From Candidatus Shapirobacteria bacterium (lineage in GTDB: Bacteria; Patescibacteriota; Microgenomatia; UBA12405; JAUWLS01): DNA of 64,000 bases. The notes beneath the pieces are model-generated. The model saw only the letters and a program-made list of their open reading frames with translations. It did not search any database and was not told the DNA's origin. The DNA lies in assembly GCA_030613565.1 (NCBI GenBank), contig JAUWLS010000001.1, forward strand, positions 27,355 through 91,354, in the 5' to 3' direction. A program made the translations under genes and the position numbers. Shown piece by piece: positions 40,963-50,121 of the stretch (positions are counted from its first letter, which is position 1; every line of letters starts with the position of its first letter).

Positions 40963-41361
40963 ATGGCTACTAAATCTAAAACTAAGAAAGTCAAAAAAAC
41001 CATCAAACACTTTACTGAAGGTCGTTTATATATTAATGCCACCTTTAATAACACTATTGTTACCATCACTGATCCCCAAGGAGATGTTCTCACTTGGGTT
41101 TCTGCAGGATCCGCCGGATTTAAGGGAACTAGACGATCCACTCCTTATGCTGCTACCACCACTATTGAAAAAGCTTTAGAAAAAGCCAGAACCGAATTTG
41201 GTATGAACAAATACTCTGTTTTCGTCAGAGGACCAGGTACTGGGCGTGACGCCGCCCTAAGATCCCTAAGAGCAAATCGAAATCTTTCAATTTTAAAAAT
41301 TTCTGACGTCACTCCTATTCCTCACAATGGTCCTCGACCACCTAAACAGAAAAAAGGATAA
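40963..41361 (+). CDS. rpsK: 30S ribosomal protein S11
   Basis: Typical. Confidence 0.9.
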   Translation: MATKSKTKKVKKTIKHFTEGRLYINATFNNTIVTITDPQGDVLTWVSAGSAGFKGTRRSTPYAATTTIEKALEKARTEFGMNKYSVFVRGPGTGRDAALRSLRANRNLSILKISDVTPIPHNGPRPPKQKKG

Positions 41362-41369
41362 AAAATATT

Positions 41370-41990
41370 ATGGCCAGATTAACTAAAAAATGTCGTCAAT
41401 GTCGAAGAGAGGGTGTAAAACTCTTTCTAAAAGGCGATCGCTGTCATACAGGAAAATGCCCTATTGAGAAAAAGGGTGCTGTTCCTCCAGGTCAACACGG
41501 AATCAAGTCTTTCCGACGCATTTCTTCTTATGGCCAGCAGCTAAGAGAAAAACAAAAGACAAAAAGAATTTATGGTGTTTTAGAAAGACAATTCAGAAAA
41601 CTCTACAAAGAGGCTGAAAGAAAAAGGGGAGATACAGGCTTTCTTCTTCTACAGCTTCTAGAACTACGTCTTGATAATGTTATTTATCGACTAGGCCTTG
41701 TTCCTTCCAGATCCTTCTCTCGTCAAATCATTACCCATGGTCACGTAACTGTTAATGGAAAAAAGATGGACATTCCTTCTTACTTGGTTAAAAAAGACGA
41801 CCAAGTATCTATTTCTTCTCAAATTGCCAAGATGACTTCTGTTCAATCTTGGATCAAAGAGAAGAAAATCAAAACTCCTTCTTGGCTTGATAAAAAAGCC
41901 ATTGTTGGAAAAGTTATCGGTCTCCCCGAAAGAAAAGAAATCGACGAGGGAATCGATGAAAGTTTAATCGTAGAATATTATTCAAAATAA
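41370..41990 (+). CDS. rpsD: 30S ribosomal protein S4 (Zn-ribbon form)
   Basis: CRQCRREG..CHTGKC. Confidence 0.9.
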   Translation: MARLTKKCRQCRREGVKLFLKGDRCHTGKCPIEKKGAVPPGQHGIKSFRRISSYGQQLREKQKTKRIYGVLERQFRKLYKEAERKRGDTGFLLLQLLELRLDNVIYRLGLVPSRSFSRQIITHGHVTVNGKKMDIPSYLVKKDDQVSISSQIAKMTSVQSWIKEKKIKTPSWLDKKAIVGKVIGLPERKEIDEGIDESLIVEYYSK

Positions 41991-42011
41991 AAGTTAAAAA
42001 TTTTTTTTATT

Positions 42012-42932
42012 ATGATCACTACTAATAAGTTCAATATCAAAAAAGTCAAAGAAACCGCTGACTACGGTAAATTTACTCTTTCTCCTCTTCTTGGAGGTTT
42101 TGGTCACACCCTAGGAAACACTCTAAGAAGAATTCTTTACATCACCATTCCTGGTGCTGCTGTCACCAAGATGAAGGTCAAAGGTGCTGATCACCTCTTC
42201 ACTACTCTTCCTGGTATTAAAGAAGATCTTGTTGATATTAGCCTTAATCTCAAACAAGTTAAATTCACCTATGAATCTGAAGAACCTGTAGTTCTTAAAC
42301 TAGAAGCAAGTGGTGCAGGTAAAATAACTGCAAAGGATATTAAACTTGTTCCTGGTATTGAAATTGCCAATCCTGATCAAGTTATTGCTAACCTTGCTGA
42401 CGCTAAATCCAAACTAAGCATTGAACTAACCGTTGAATCTGGTCGTGGGTATCAGTCAGCCAAAGAAAGAGAAACAGGTATCATCGGAGAAATCTCTCTT
42501 AATGCCGATTTCTCTCCTGTTAGAAAAGTTAGTTACCAGGTTGAACCTGCTCGTCTAGGTAAAAAATATAACTACGATCAGCTCACTCTCGAAATTTGGA
42601 CCGATGCTTCTCTTGAACCCTCAAGGGCTTTAGAGTTAGCTACCAGAGATCTTATTGCCTCTCTAATGCAGATTGTTGACCCCAAAGAATTCGAAGAAGA
42701 ACTAGCTGCTGATCTAGCTAGCGCTGAAGAAGCAGAACAAGTCTACTTAGTAGAAGAAATTGATCTTCCTCTTCGTGTTACCAACGCTCTTAAAAAAGCA
42801 GACTACAGTCAGGTAAGTGATCTAATTAAAGCCGGAAGACCTGAAGTTTCAAAAGCCAAAAACGTTGGTGAGAAATCTCTTAAATTAATAGACGCTTGGT
42901 TAGCAGAAAAAGATCTTTCTTGGTCAGCTTAA
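42012..42932 (+). CDS. rpoA: DNA-directed RNA polymerase alpha subunit
   Basis: Typical NTD and CTD. Confidence 0.9.
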   Translation: MITTNKFNIKKVKETADYGKFTLSPLLGGFGHTLGNTLRRILYITIPGAAVTKMKVKGADHLFTTLPGIKEDLVDISLNLKQVKFTYESEEPVVLKLEASGAGKITAKDIKLVPGIEIANPDQVIANLADAKSKLSIELTVESGRGYQSAKERETGIIGEISLNADFSPVRKVSYQVEPARLGKKYNYDQLTLEIWTDASLEPSRALELATRDLIASLMQIVDPKEFEEELAADLASAEEAEQVYLVEEIDLPLRVTNALKKADYSQVSDLIKAGRPEVSKAKNVGEKSLKLIDAWLAEKDLSWSA

Positions 42933-42948
42933 ATTTAACCCCTCAAAA

Positions 42949-43443
42949 ATGAGACATCGCTTAAAAGGTAAAAAAATGGGTCGCAACCATCACCAAAGAA
43001 AAGCACTTTTCTTGGGACTTGTTCGCGCCATGTTTACCCACGGCTCTATTAAAACTACTGTCACCAAAGCCAAGGCCGTCCTTCCTTTGGTAGAAAAAAT
43101 AACCAATAAAGCTAAAAAAGGCGATCTCATTTCTAAAAGGTTTCTCTATCGCTACCTTCAAGACCAGTCTTGGGTCAATAGAGTATCTGAAACTATTCAA
43201 AAGGAGTTTGCAGATCAAAACGGAAATTACACCAAGATCACTCCTCTTTTTAAAAGAAAAGGAGACAGGGCTATTGTAGTTCGTTTTGAATTTACAAAAC
43301 CCCTAGATCTTGCTGTTCCTGTAAAACTCAGTAAGAGTGAGCTAAAAAAACAAGAGAAGAAAGCTAAAAAACAAAAAGCTAAAAAAGTAGGAAAAACTAA
43401 AAAAGCTCTTCCTAAAAAGAAAGAAGTAAAGGAGAAAAAATAA
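42949..43443 (+). CDS. rplQ: 50S ribosomal protein L17 with a Lys-rich C-terminal tail
   Basis: Typical. Confidence 0.85.
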   Translation: MRHRLKGKKMGRNHHQRKALFLGLVRAMFTHGSIKTTVTKAKAVLPLVEKITNKAKKGDLISKRFLYRYLQDQSWVNRVSETIQKEFADQNGNYTKITPLFKRKGDRAIVVRFEFTKPLDLAVPVKLSKSELKKQEKKAKKQKAKKVGKTKKALPKKKEVKEKK

Positions 43444-43444
43444 A

Positions 43445-43864
43445 ATGACCAAAACTGTTCACATACCAAGAGAAAAAATAAAAAGAGAATGGCATCTTGT
43501 TGATGTTAAAGGTCAAACTCTTGGTCGTGTCATGACCCAGATATCCTCTCTTCTCATTGGTAAACACAAGCTTGATCTTTCTTTCCACAACGATCATGGT
43601 GATTATGTTGTTGTCATCAATGCCAAAGACATTAAAGTCACTGGTCGCAAGATGATCCAAAAAATCTATTATCGCCACTCCGGTTATGCAGGAAACCTAA
43701 GAGAACTAACCTTAAAACAAATGATGGAAAAGGACCCCAGAAAAGTTATTTTTCATGCCGCCAAAGGAATGATTCCTAAAAACAAACAAAGAGACAGAAG
43801 AATGAAAAGATTAAAAGTTTTTGTCGATGAGAATCATACTTTCCAAGACAAGTTCACAAAATAA
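43445..43864 (+). CDS. rplM: 50S ribosomal protein L13
   Basis: Typical. Confidence 0.9.
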   Translation: MTKTVHIPREKIKREWHLVDVKGQTLGRVMTQISSLLIGKHKLDLSFHNDHGDYVVVINAKDIKVTGRKMIQKIYYRHSGYAGNLRELTLKQMMEKDPRKVIFHAAKGMIPKNKQRDRRMKRLKVFVDENHTFQDKFTK

Positions 43865-43866
43865 AA

Positions 43867-44265
43867 ATGGCTAAAAAATATTACTACACCAAATCAAAAA
43901 GACGTTCTGCAATCTGTAACATCAAAATGTTTCGAGGAAAAGTTAAAAGTACTGTTAATGGTAAAAAACTTTCCACCTATTTTCCTCTAAAGTTGCAACT
44001 TGTTAACGTTAACCTTCCTTTTGAGCTTACTCAAACTGAAGAAAAATTCTATTTTGAAGCAAAAATAAGCGGTGGTGGAAAATCAGGTCAATCTGATGCT
44101 CTCAGACTCGCTGTTTCCAAAGCTCTAGTTCTTCATGATGAAGAAAAATTCCGTCCCATACTAAAAAAGGCTGGCCTTTTAACTACTGACGCTCGTGTCC
44201 GAGAAAGAAGAAAAGTTGGTACTGGTGGTAAGGCCCGTCGTGGAAAACAATCTCCTCGAAGATAA
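43867..44265 (+). CDS. rpsI: 30S ribosomal protein S9
   Basis: C-terminal ..GKARRGKQSPRR. Confidence 0.9.
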   Translation: MAKKYYYTKSKRRSAICNIKMFRGKVKSTVNGKKLSTYFPLKLQLVNVNLPFELTQTEEKFYFEAKISGGGKSGQSDALRLAVSKALVLHDEEKFRPILKKAGLLTTDARVRERRKVGTGGKARRGKQSPRR

Positions 44266-44283
44266 ATACGCTATACTCAATTT

Positions 44284-45048
44284 ATGCCTCTTTTCCATCT
44301 TCTTTTTCTCTCCTTAGTCCAGGCTATTTCCGAGTTCCTACCCATCTCATCTTCAGGACACCTAAACCTTTTCCAGCATATCTTTGGGGACACCCCCTCT
44401 CTTGTTTTAGATATCTTTCTAAATACTGCCACTCTTTTTTCAGTTTTACTTTTTCTAAAAGACCCTCTTTTGTCTTTGTTAAAGAACACTATCTCCTTTC
44501 AGAAAAAAGCCATAGACAAACTAAAGCTTATTTTTATTGCCTCTCTCCCTGCCGCTGTCTTTGGTCTTCTTTTAAATCAATTCCCTGATTCGATTACCAA
44601 CGTAAAAATACTCCCTCTCACTTTTTTATCTACTGGACTTCTTCTTTTCTCAACCCGCTACCTTTTACCAAGAAATGAGAAATTAACCCCCCAAAAAGCC
44701 CTTTTAATCGGTATTTTTCAAGCTTTAGCTATCTTGCCTGGCCTTTCTCGCTCTGGACTTACCCTTTTTGCCGCTATTTTGTCTGGTTTGTCTCTAAAAT
44801 CTGCCTTTGAGTTCTCTTTTCTCCTTTTTATACCTGCCTCCTTAGGGGCTCTCTTATTAAACCTTCCTGATCTGGGCAGTCTTAGCACTCTTGGCCTTAT
44901 TCCTTCTTTAGGTTCCTTTCTAATAGCCTTTGTTGTGGGTTATTTCTCCCTTTCCTTCCTAAGAAAACAACTAGAGTCCCAAAACCTATGGCTTTTCTCC
45001 TTTTATTGCTTTTTTATTGCCTCTGTTTCTCTTTTTCTATCAGTCTAG
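44284..45048 (+). CDS. uppP: Undecaprenyl-diphosphatase (BacA/UppP)
   Basis: SEFLPISSSGHL and PGLSRSG motifs. Confidence 0.85.
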   Translation: MPLFHLLFLSLVQAISEFLPISSSGHLNLFQHIFGDTPSLVLDIFLNTATLFSVLLFLKDPLLSLLKNTISFQKKAIDKLKLIFIASLPAAVFGLLLNQFPDSITNVKILPLTFLSTGLLLFSTRYLLPRNEKLTPQKALLIGIFQALAILPGLSRSGLTLFAAILSGLSLKSAFEFSFLLFIPASLGALLLNLPDLGSLSTLGLIPSLGSFLIAFVVGYFSLSFLRKQLESQNLWLFSFYCFFIASVSLFLSV

Positions 45049-45282
45049 CTATTTTTTCTGTTTCAATACCCCACTTTCCCGTATCCACCCTTTTTTTTCA
45101 AAAAATTCTATTCCATCCTCTAAAAGTCTCCTTTTTTGCTCTTTCCACCCTCCCAATGAAAACTTTTCTGCCAAATATCCACCTTTCCTGATCACTCTGT
45201 GGCAAGGTACTAAGGGGTCTTGGTTTCCCATCAGTGCCCACCCCACCTTTCTTGCGTCTTTTGTTTCTAAAATTTCTGCCAC
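45049..45282 (-). CDS. ogt: O6-alkylguanine-DNA alkyltransferase C-terminal domain protein (active-site PCHRVI). No canonical start; the open frame extends to 45399 into the truB 3' end
   Basis: ..FIPKGKVLTYGQVAEIL..VGWALMGNQDPLVPCHRVI matches the MGMT DNA-binding/active-site domain. Confidence 0.6.
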   Translation of the reverse strand: MAEILETKDARKVGWALMGNQDPLVPCHRVIRKGGYLAEKFSLGGWKEQKRRLLEDGIEFFEKKGWIRESGVLKQKK

Positions 45283-45349
45283 CTGACCATAAGTCAGAAC
45301 CTTGCCTTTTGGAATAAATTTAACAACTTCTCTTATCCTGTCAAAAATT

Positions 45350-45994
45350 TCATATTTTCTCAGCCTGATCCACTCGATACTCTCCGATTGCTGTCCTTCT
45401 TAGTCCTGATACTACTGCCGGTAAATCTAGTTTTTTCCCTATTTCTTCCACTACTGATCTAACATAAGTCCCACTTCCTACTTTCATTACCAACTTCAAA
45501 ACATAGCCGTCTTTTATCTTTCTGTGACCAGTAAGCTTGATCCAGTAAATCTTCATCTTTTTAATTGGTATCTCTACTCCTGTTTTTCCCTCTCTTGCCA
45601 TTTTGTAAAGTCGCTTGCCTTTTACTTTAATTGCCGAATAGTAGGGGACAGCCAGATCAATTTCACCCTCTAAGGATTTTAAAATTTCTTCCACCTTTTC
45701 TATGTTTACTGAATTTACTTTCTTTTCTTCTATTATCTTTCCTTCAAGATCCCCAGTTTCTGTTTTTTTACCCAAAAACACTTCTACTTTGTAAATCTTT
45801 GAAAGACCAATTAAGTCAGTTAATTTCTTGGTTCCCTTATTAACTCCGATTATCATCAGTCCACTAGCTAGAGGATCCAAGGTCCCTGAATGCCCCATCT
45901 TTCTTATCCCTGTTTTAACCCTTAGCTTTCTAATTACATCAAAAGAGCTAATCCCTCCGGGCTTGTCTATTAACATTAAGTCTTCTTTATCCAT
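45350..45994 (-). CDS. truB: tRNA pseudouridine-55 synthase
   Basis: LIDKPGGISSFDV..GHSGTLDPLASG. Confidence 0.9.
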   Translation of the reverse strand: MDKEDLMLIDKPGGISSFDVIRKLRVKTGIRKMGHSGTLDPLASGLMIIGVNKGTKKLTDLIGLSKIYKVEVFLGKKTETGDLEGKIIEEKKVNSVNIEKVEEILKSLEGEIDLAVPYYSAIKVKGKRLYKMAREGKTGVEIPIKKMKIYWIKLTGHRKIKDGYVLKLVMKVGSGTYVRSVVEEIGKKLDLPAVVSGLRRTAIGEYRVDQAEKI

Positions 45995-46008
45995 CTCGTC
46001 CTATTTTA

Positions 46009-46347
46009 TCAGTCTAGTGCTCGAATTGCTCCCGCCACATATCCAAGACCTGTTTCCCCCAATCTGCTTCTGGCAGAAACCCCTTCAGGTTTTGCTCTAA
46101 TCATCGCCCTCAGTTTTCTTTCTGCGCCATTCCCTAACCTATTCAGCACTTCTTGAGGAATTAAACACACATCAGAATCTGGTCTCTTGGGATTAAATCT
46201 TGGAAAAATACTTGATTCTCCACCATCCACTGTTACAACCCTCCAATCATTCTCCCTCAACAAGCGCCAAGTTCTTCCATAGATCCTCTTCGCAACACCT
46301 TTGTTAGGTGATTGTCGCGTCAATTGAACCATCAATTCCCTTGTCAT
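46009..46347 (-). CDS. Hypothetical Arg-rich protein with elevated GC content (about 45%)
   Basis: ORF with a composition distinct from the surrounding genes; no recognised motif. Confidence 0.4.
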   Translation of the reverse strand: MTRELMVQLTRQSPNKGVAKRIYGRTWRLLRENDWRVVTVDGGESSIFPRFNPKRPDSDVCLIPQEVLNRLGNGAERKLRAMIRAKPEGVSARSRLGETGLGYVAGAIRALD

Positions 46348-46468
46348 GTAGACAATTATATACCCACCAACTTAGGCAGAAACAAAACGTTGAAGTTAAG
46401 ACTCATTGATTAAAATAAGAATTGCTTAATTGACACTTTATCCTATAGTTTGATACAACCCTTCCACT

Positions 46469-46585
46469 ATGAACAGTAATTCAAGTAAAAATTTAGTTTC
46501 CTGCGTCCCTTTCATTGGGATGTTTTTTGCGGTCCTTATTGCCGCCAAAACCAAAAACCCAGGAGGTTTAGTCTACTTGAGATGA
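46469..46585 (+). CDS. Candidate 38-aa hydrophobic peptide (MNSNSSKNLVSCVPFIGMFFAVLIAAKTKNPGGLVYLR); apparently leaderless
   Basis: Upstream TTGACA promoter-like box at 46430; strong terminator immediately downstream; single TM plus basic residues. Confidence 0.25.
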   Translation: MNSNSSKNLVSCVPFIGMFFAVLIAAKTKNPGGLVYLR

Positions 46586-46607
46586 TTTTATAACTGTTCG
46601 TCCAGAC

Positions 46608-46634
46608 AAGCCTCCGAAACGGAGGCTTTTTTAT
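46608..46634 (+). terminator. Intrinsic terminator GCCUCCG-AAAC-CGGAGGC plus U6
   Basis: Perfect 7-bp GC-rich stem followed by a T-run. Confidence 0.55.
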
Positions 46635-46755
46635 TTCTCCCTGTTTTTCCTCTTTTCGGAGCTTTTTCCGGCCAAACAAGCAAAATCGCTTGTTCACCTA
46701 GCACTGGGTTTTTCTGGGTCGGGCCGGAACGTTAAAAATTTAAAGGAGGAAAAAA

Positions 46756-47916
46756 ATGAAAATAAAAAACAAACCCTTGGTTTGGTATTTCTTATTCACC
46801 ATTCTAAGCGGCATGCACCTGTTTTCCGCCGTGATGGTGATCTTCTACAAAGACTGGGGTGGTTTGAATCAATTTCAGATCCAAACCCTTCAGTCAGTTT
46901 TTTCAGTGGGAATTGTACTTCTGGAAATCCCAACCGGATTAGTGGCCGACCTTGTCGGCAGAAAGCAATCTCTTATTCTAGGTAGCTTTATTGCTGCCTT
47001 GGGCTTTGTACTCTATGGTTCCTTTTCTGGGTTCTCAAGCTTTTTGGTTGCAGAACTTATCATTTCCCTAGGATTCTCACTAATTTCAGGTGCTAACAGT
47101 GCCTTACTTTTTGAAATCCTGGAGAAACAGAAAAAAGAACATGAATTACAAAAGATAAGAGGACGGGTTAGAGCCGCAAAGCTTCTTACTTATGCTTTTT
47201 CTGCTCAACTAGGAAGCAAGATCGCCTCTTTGTGGGGATTAAATGCCCCCATGTTTCTTACCGCCCTTCCAATCTTTATGGCCACTTTTGCTGTCATGAT
47301 GATTCCGGAAGAGAAAAAGGAAAAAACAAAGAAAGGAGAGTCCAAAATTCAGTTAGCCATGAAGGGGCTGATTATCTTAAAAGATAAAAAGATCTTTCGC
47401 TTGGCTATAAACGGAGCTTTGGTCAATTCTTCGGCCTACTTTCTGATTTGGTTTTACCAACCACTTATAAGAAAGCTAGGAATGCCCCTTGAATCAAACG
47501 GAGTTTTCTACTCTGCCATGGTGTTGGTCGAAGCAGTAATTGCCGCCAACTTTGGTCGTATTGGAAAATACACTAAAAGGTACCTAGATTTTTCTGCCCT
47601 TGTGACGGGAATATCATTTCTTTTAGCTGGTCTTTTTCCAAGTCCTGCCACTCTCACAGCACTACTGCTTTTTGCTGGAGGTTTTGGTTTAACAAGAATG
47701 GAACTTGTTAATTCCAAAATACAGCTTCTAACACCATCTGAGAATCATGCAACCCTATTGTCCGCAGTTTCCTTGTTGGCAAAACTTGTTCTGATTCCCC
47801 TTAACCCCCTTGTTGGATTAGTAGCTGACAAGTCTCTTTCTCTCGCCTTTCTGTTGGTAGGAACAATACCTTTTTTAGTATTGGTTTTTTTACCAGTCAG
47901 ACCGGAGGAAGAATAA
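46756..47916 (+). CDS. MFS transporter
   Basis: 12-TM profile; strong RBS AAAGGAGG. Confidence 0.8.
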   Translation: MKIKNKPLVWYFLFTILSGMHLFSAVMVIFYKDWGGLNQFQIQTLQSVFSVGIVLLEIPTGLVADLVGRKQSLILGSFIAALGFVLYGSFSGFSSFLVAELIISLGFSLISGANSALLFEILEKQKKEHELQKIRGRVRAAKLLTYAFSAQLGSKIASLWGLNAPMFLTALPIFMATFAVMMIPEEKKEKTKKGESKIQLAMKGLIILKDKKIFRLAINGALVNSSAYFLIWFYQPLIRKLGMPLESNGVFYSAMVLVEAVIAANFGRIGKYTKRYLDFSALVTGISFLLAGLFPSPATLTALLLFAGGFGLTRMELVNSKIQLLTPSENHATLLSAVSLLAKLVLIPLNPLVGLVADKSLSLAFLLVGTIPFLVLVFLPVRPEEE

Positions 47917-47923
47917 AGAAAAG

Positions 47924-47960
47924 AGCTTAGGTGTCCCAGCACCTAGGCTCAACTCTTTTT
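47924..47960. terminator. Bidirectional terminator hairpin between the convergent MFS and NUDIX genes
   Basis: GCUUAGGUG-loop-CACCUAGGC with U-runs on both sides. Confidence 0.4.
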
Positions 47961-47989
47961 AGCTCTCAATTTACTTTCCTCCTTTTTAC

Positions 47990-48502
47990 TTATTTATTAT
48001 CTTCCTCTTCCCAAGCCAACCCGCCTTCCCAGTAAAGTGATTTTTTAGAAACCAGTGCCTCTTTTAATTTCCTAAGGTCCTGAAGTTTTTTCTCTTCCAT
48101 TTTCAAAGAATTCTTATCAAGATCAAAAAACCCAAAATCAATTACTTCATCTTCGTCTATTTTTATCTTTTTAATTAGTTCTTCTGGTAATTCTCTTATC
48201 CCAAAGAAAAACTGTAAACTTTCTCCTCTGTAAGAACTATTCATCACATATTTAACTCCTAAAAAGACAGGATTCTCTATTACCAAACCGACTTCTTCCC
48301 TAACTTCTCTTTTTACTGCCTCCAGTGGTGACTCTTTCTTATTCACCATTCCACCGGCAAGACTCCACTCTTTTTTGTAACTTGCCTTCACCAGAAGCAA
48401 TTCTCCCTTTTTATTTAAAATAACCATACCTGAAGCACACCTTTTTCGAGGCAACTGAGCAAAATATTTTTCAGGCTCTATCCAGTTTTTAACCACGGCC
48501 AA
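47990..48502 (-). CDS. NUDIX hydrolase
   Basis: NUDIX box GGMVNKKESPLEAVKREVREEVGL. Confidence 0.85.
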   Translation of the reverse strand: MAVVKNWIEPEKYFAQLPRKRCASGMVILNKKGELLLVKASYKKEWSLAGGMVNKKESPLEAVKREVREEVGLVIENPVFLGVKYVMNSSYRGESLQFFFGIRELPEELIKKIKIDEDEVIDFGFFDLDKNSLKMEEKKLQDLRKLKEALVSKKSLYWEGGLAWEEEDNK

Positions 48503-48575
48503 ATTATATCATCAAAGATATTCAGTAAAGTCAACTTCACTTGACGACTAATCCTTTCAGTTAGACAATCAGTCT

Positions 48576-49277
48576 ATGAGTACACAAATAGATATTCACC
48601 CAGTTCAGTCGTCAATTTTATGTCGACTCCTTTTTACAAAAGAAGGTCGTTTTAAAGATCTTAATACCCTTAATCTCAGTACTGACCATTTTAGTTTCCA
48701 CATCAAACAACTAACCGACTGGGGACTAGTAAAAAAACTAGAAAAAGGAAAATATACCCTTACTCCAAAAGGTAAAGAATTTGCCAACCGTTTTGATACC
48801 GACAAAAACGAAGTTGAAAGACAAGCTAAGGTCGCAGTTTTACTTGTTGCTGTAAAAACAATAAAGGGAAAAAAGAAATATTTAATCCAACAAAGACTTA
48901 AACAACCTTATTTTGGATTCTGGGGTTTTGTCACCGGAAAAATTGCCTGGGGAGAAATTACAAAAGAGGCCGCATCAAGAGAGTTGAATGAAGAAACGGG
49001 ACTCAAAGGAAATATAAAACTAGTCGGTGTGAAACACAAAATAGATTACACCCAAGATCAAAAACTCCTAGAAGATAAATATTTTTTCGTATTCAAGGTA
49101 ACTAATTTAAAAGGAAAACTAAAAGAAAAATTCGAAGGAGGAAGAAACAAATGGCTAACTGAAGAAGAAATTCTCAAACTTAAAAACCTTTTTGACGGGG
49201 CAGAAGAAAGTATGAACTTCATTAAAAAACCCATTTTCAAGTTCAGTGAAATCAAGTATCTTGTAAAAAAATACTAA
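48576..49277 (+). CDS. Winged-helix DNA-binding domain fused to a NUDIX hydrolase domain (NrtR-like, inverted domain order)
   Basis: N-terminal wHTH (..HFSFHIKQLTDWGLVKKLEKGKYTLTPKG) and a C-terminal NUDIX box GKIAWGEITKEAASRELNEETGL. Confidence 0.75.
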   Translation: MSTQIDIHPVQSSILCRLLFTKEGRFKDLNTLNLSTDHFSFHIKQLTDWGLVKKLEKGKYTLTPKGKEFANRFDTDKNEVERQAKVAVLLVAVKTIKGKKKYLIQQRLKQPYFGFWGFVTGKIAWGEITKEAASRELNEETGLKGNIKLVGVKHKIDYTQDQKLLEDKYFFVFKVTNLKGKLKEKFEGGRNKWLTEEEILKLKNLFDGAEESMNFIKKPIFKFSEIKYLVKKY

Positions 49278-49320
49278 CCTTTCCCAAAAGTAGTAAAGGA
49301 AAAGTTGATAAAACAGGTGA

Positions 49321-50109
49321 ATGAAAATCGACATTTCACCGGATATTACAAAAGACCAGTTTTTTCTAAAAGATCAAAAAATCCTTGAAAAAATAGTTAG
49401 TCTAGCCAAACTTCAGAAAAAAGACGTGGTCTTAGAGATTGGTGCCGGTCCTGGCAATCTTACTCAAAAACTTGCCCTAAAAGTTTCAAAGGTAATTGCT
49501 TTTGAAATTGATAAACGTTTTAAGCCCATTCTTTCCACTCTACCCTCAAACGTTGAAGTCCATATTGAAGATGCCTGGGACTACATCCAACTTCACGGCA
49601 AATTTAGAAAGAAAAAAGTTTATAACAAAGTAGTCTCTAATCTTCCATACTGCCTTTGTGAACCTCTTTTGCACAATCTAACCTTTCTTGATTATGACAA
49701 AGTTATCCTCCTTGTCCCAAAAAAATTCATTAAAACCATTAAAAAAAATCCAATATTCTCCTCTTTTTTTAAAGTTGAAAAACACCTTGATGTTCCAAAA
49801 CAAAAGTTTAATCCCCAACCCAAAACTGACTCTGCTGTAATTGAGTTAATTAAACTTCCCGACCCAGTCAAACACCCCAACTTACCCCTGTTTTTAAAAC
49901 AATACATCTACCAACACGAAGGTCAAAAAACCAGAAATTCTCTAACCGAAGGAATCATTCATTTTTATCGTCTGACAGAAGAAAAGAAAATAACTAAAAA
50001 CGAAGCCAGAGAAAGAATAAAAAAAAGCGGTATTCCCCTAAAAATACTTGAATCACTTCCACTTACATCTTCAATCTATGAACAGATAGACAAAAATTTT
50101 ATTAACTAG
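49321..50109 (+). CDS. rsmA: rRNA adenine N6,N6-dimethyltransferase, KsgA/RsmA (Erm) family
   Basis: VLEIGAGPGNLT SAM motif and VVSNLPY catalytic motif. Confidence 0.75.
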   Translation: MKIDISPDITKDQFFLKDQKILEKIVSLAKLQKKDVVLEIGAGPGNLTQKLALKVSKVIAFEIDKRFKPILSTLPSNVEVHIEDAWDYIQLHGKFRKKKVYNKVVSNLPYCLCEPLLHNLTFLDYDKVILLVPKKFIKTIKKNPIFSSFFKVEKHLDVPKQKFNPQPKTDSAVIELIKLPDPVKHPNLPLFLKQYIYQHEGQKTRNSLTEGIIHFYRLTEEKKITKNEARERIKKSGIPLKILESLPLTSSIYEQIDKNFIN

Positions 50110-50121
50110 GTATTCTTATTT

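Noticed and set aside
45017-45286. + strand ORFs 44988..45191 and 45017..45286 downstream of uppP
   Set aside because: Low-complexity Phe/Ser-rich translations antisense to the MGMT-like gene. The conserved PCHRVI motif supports the minus-strand frame.
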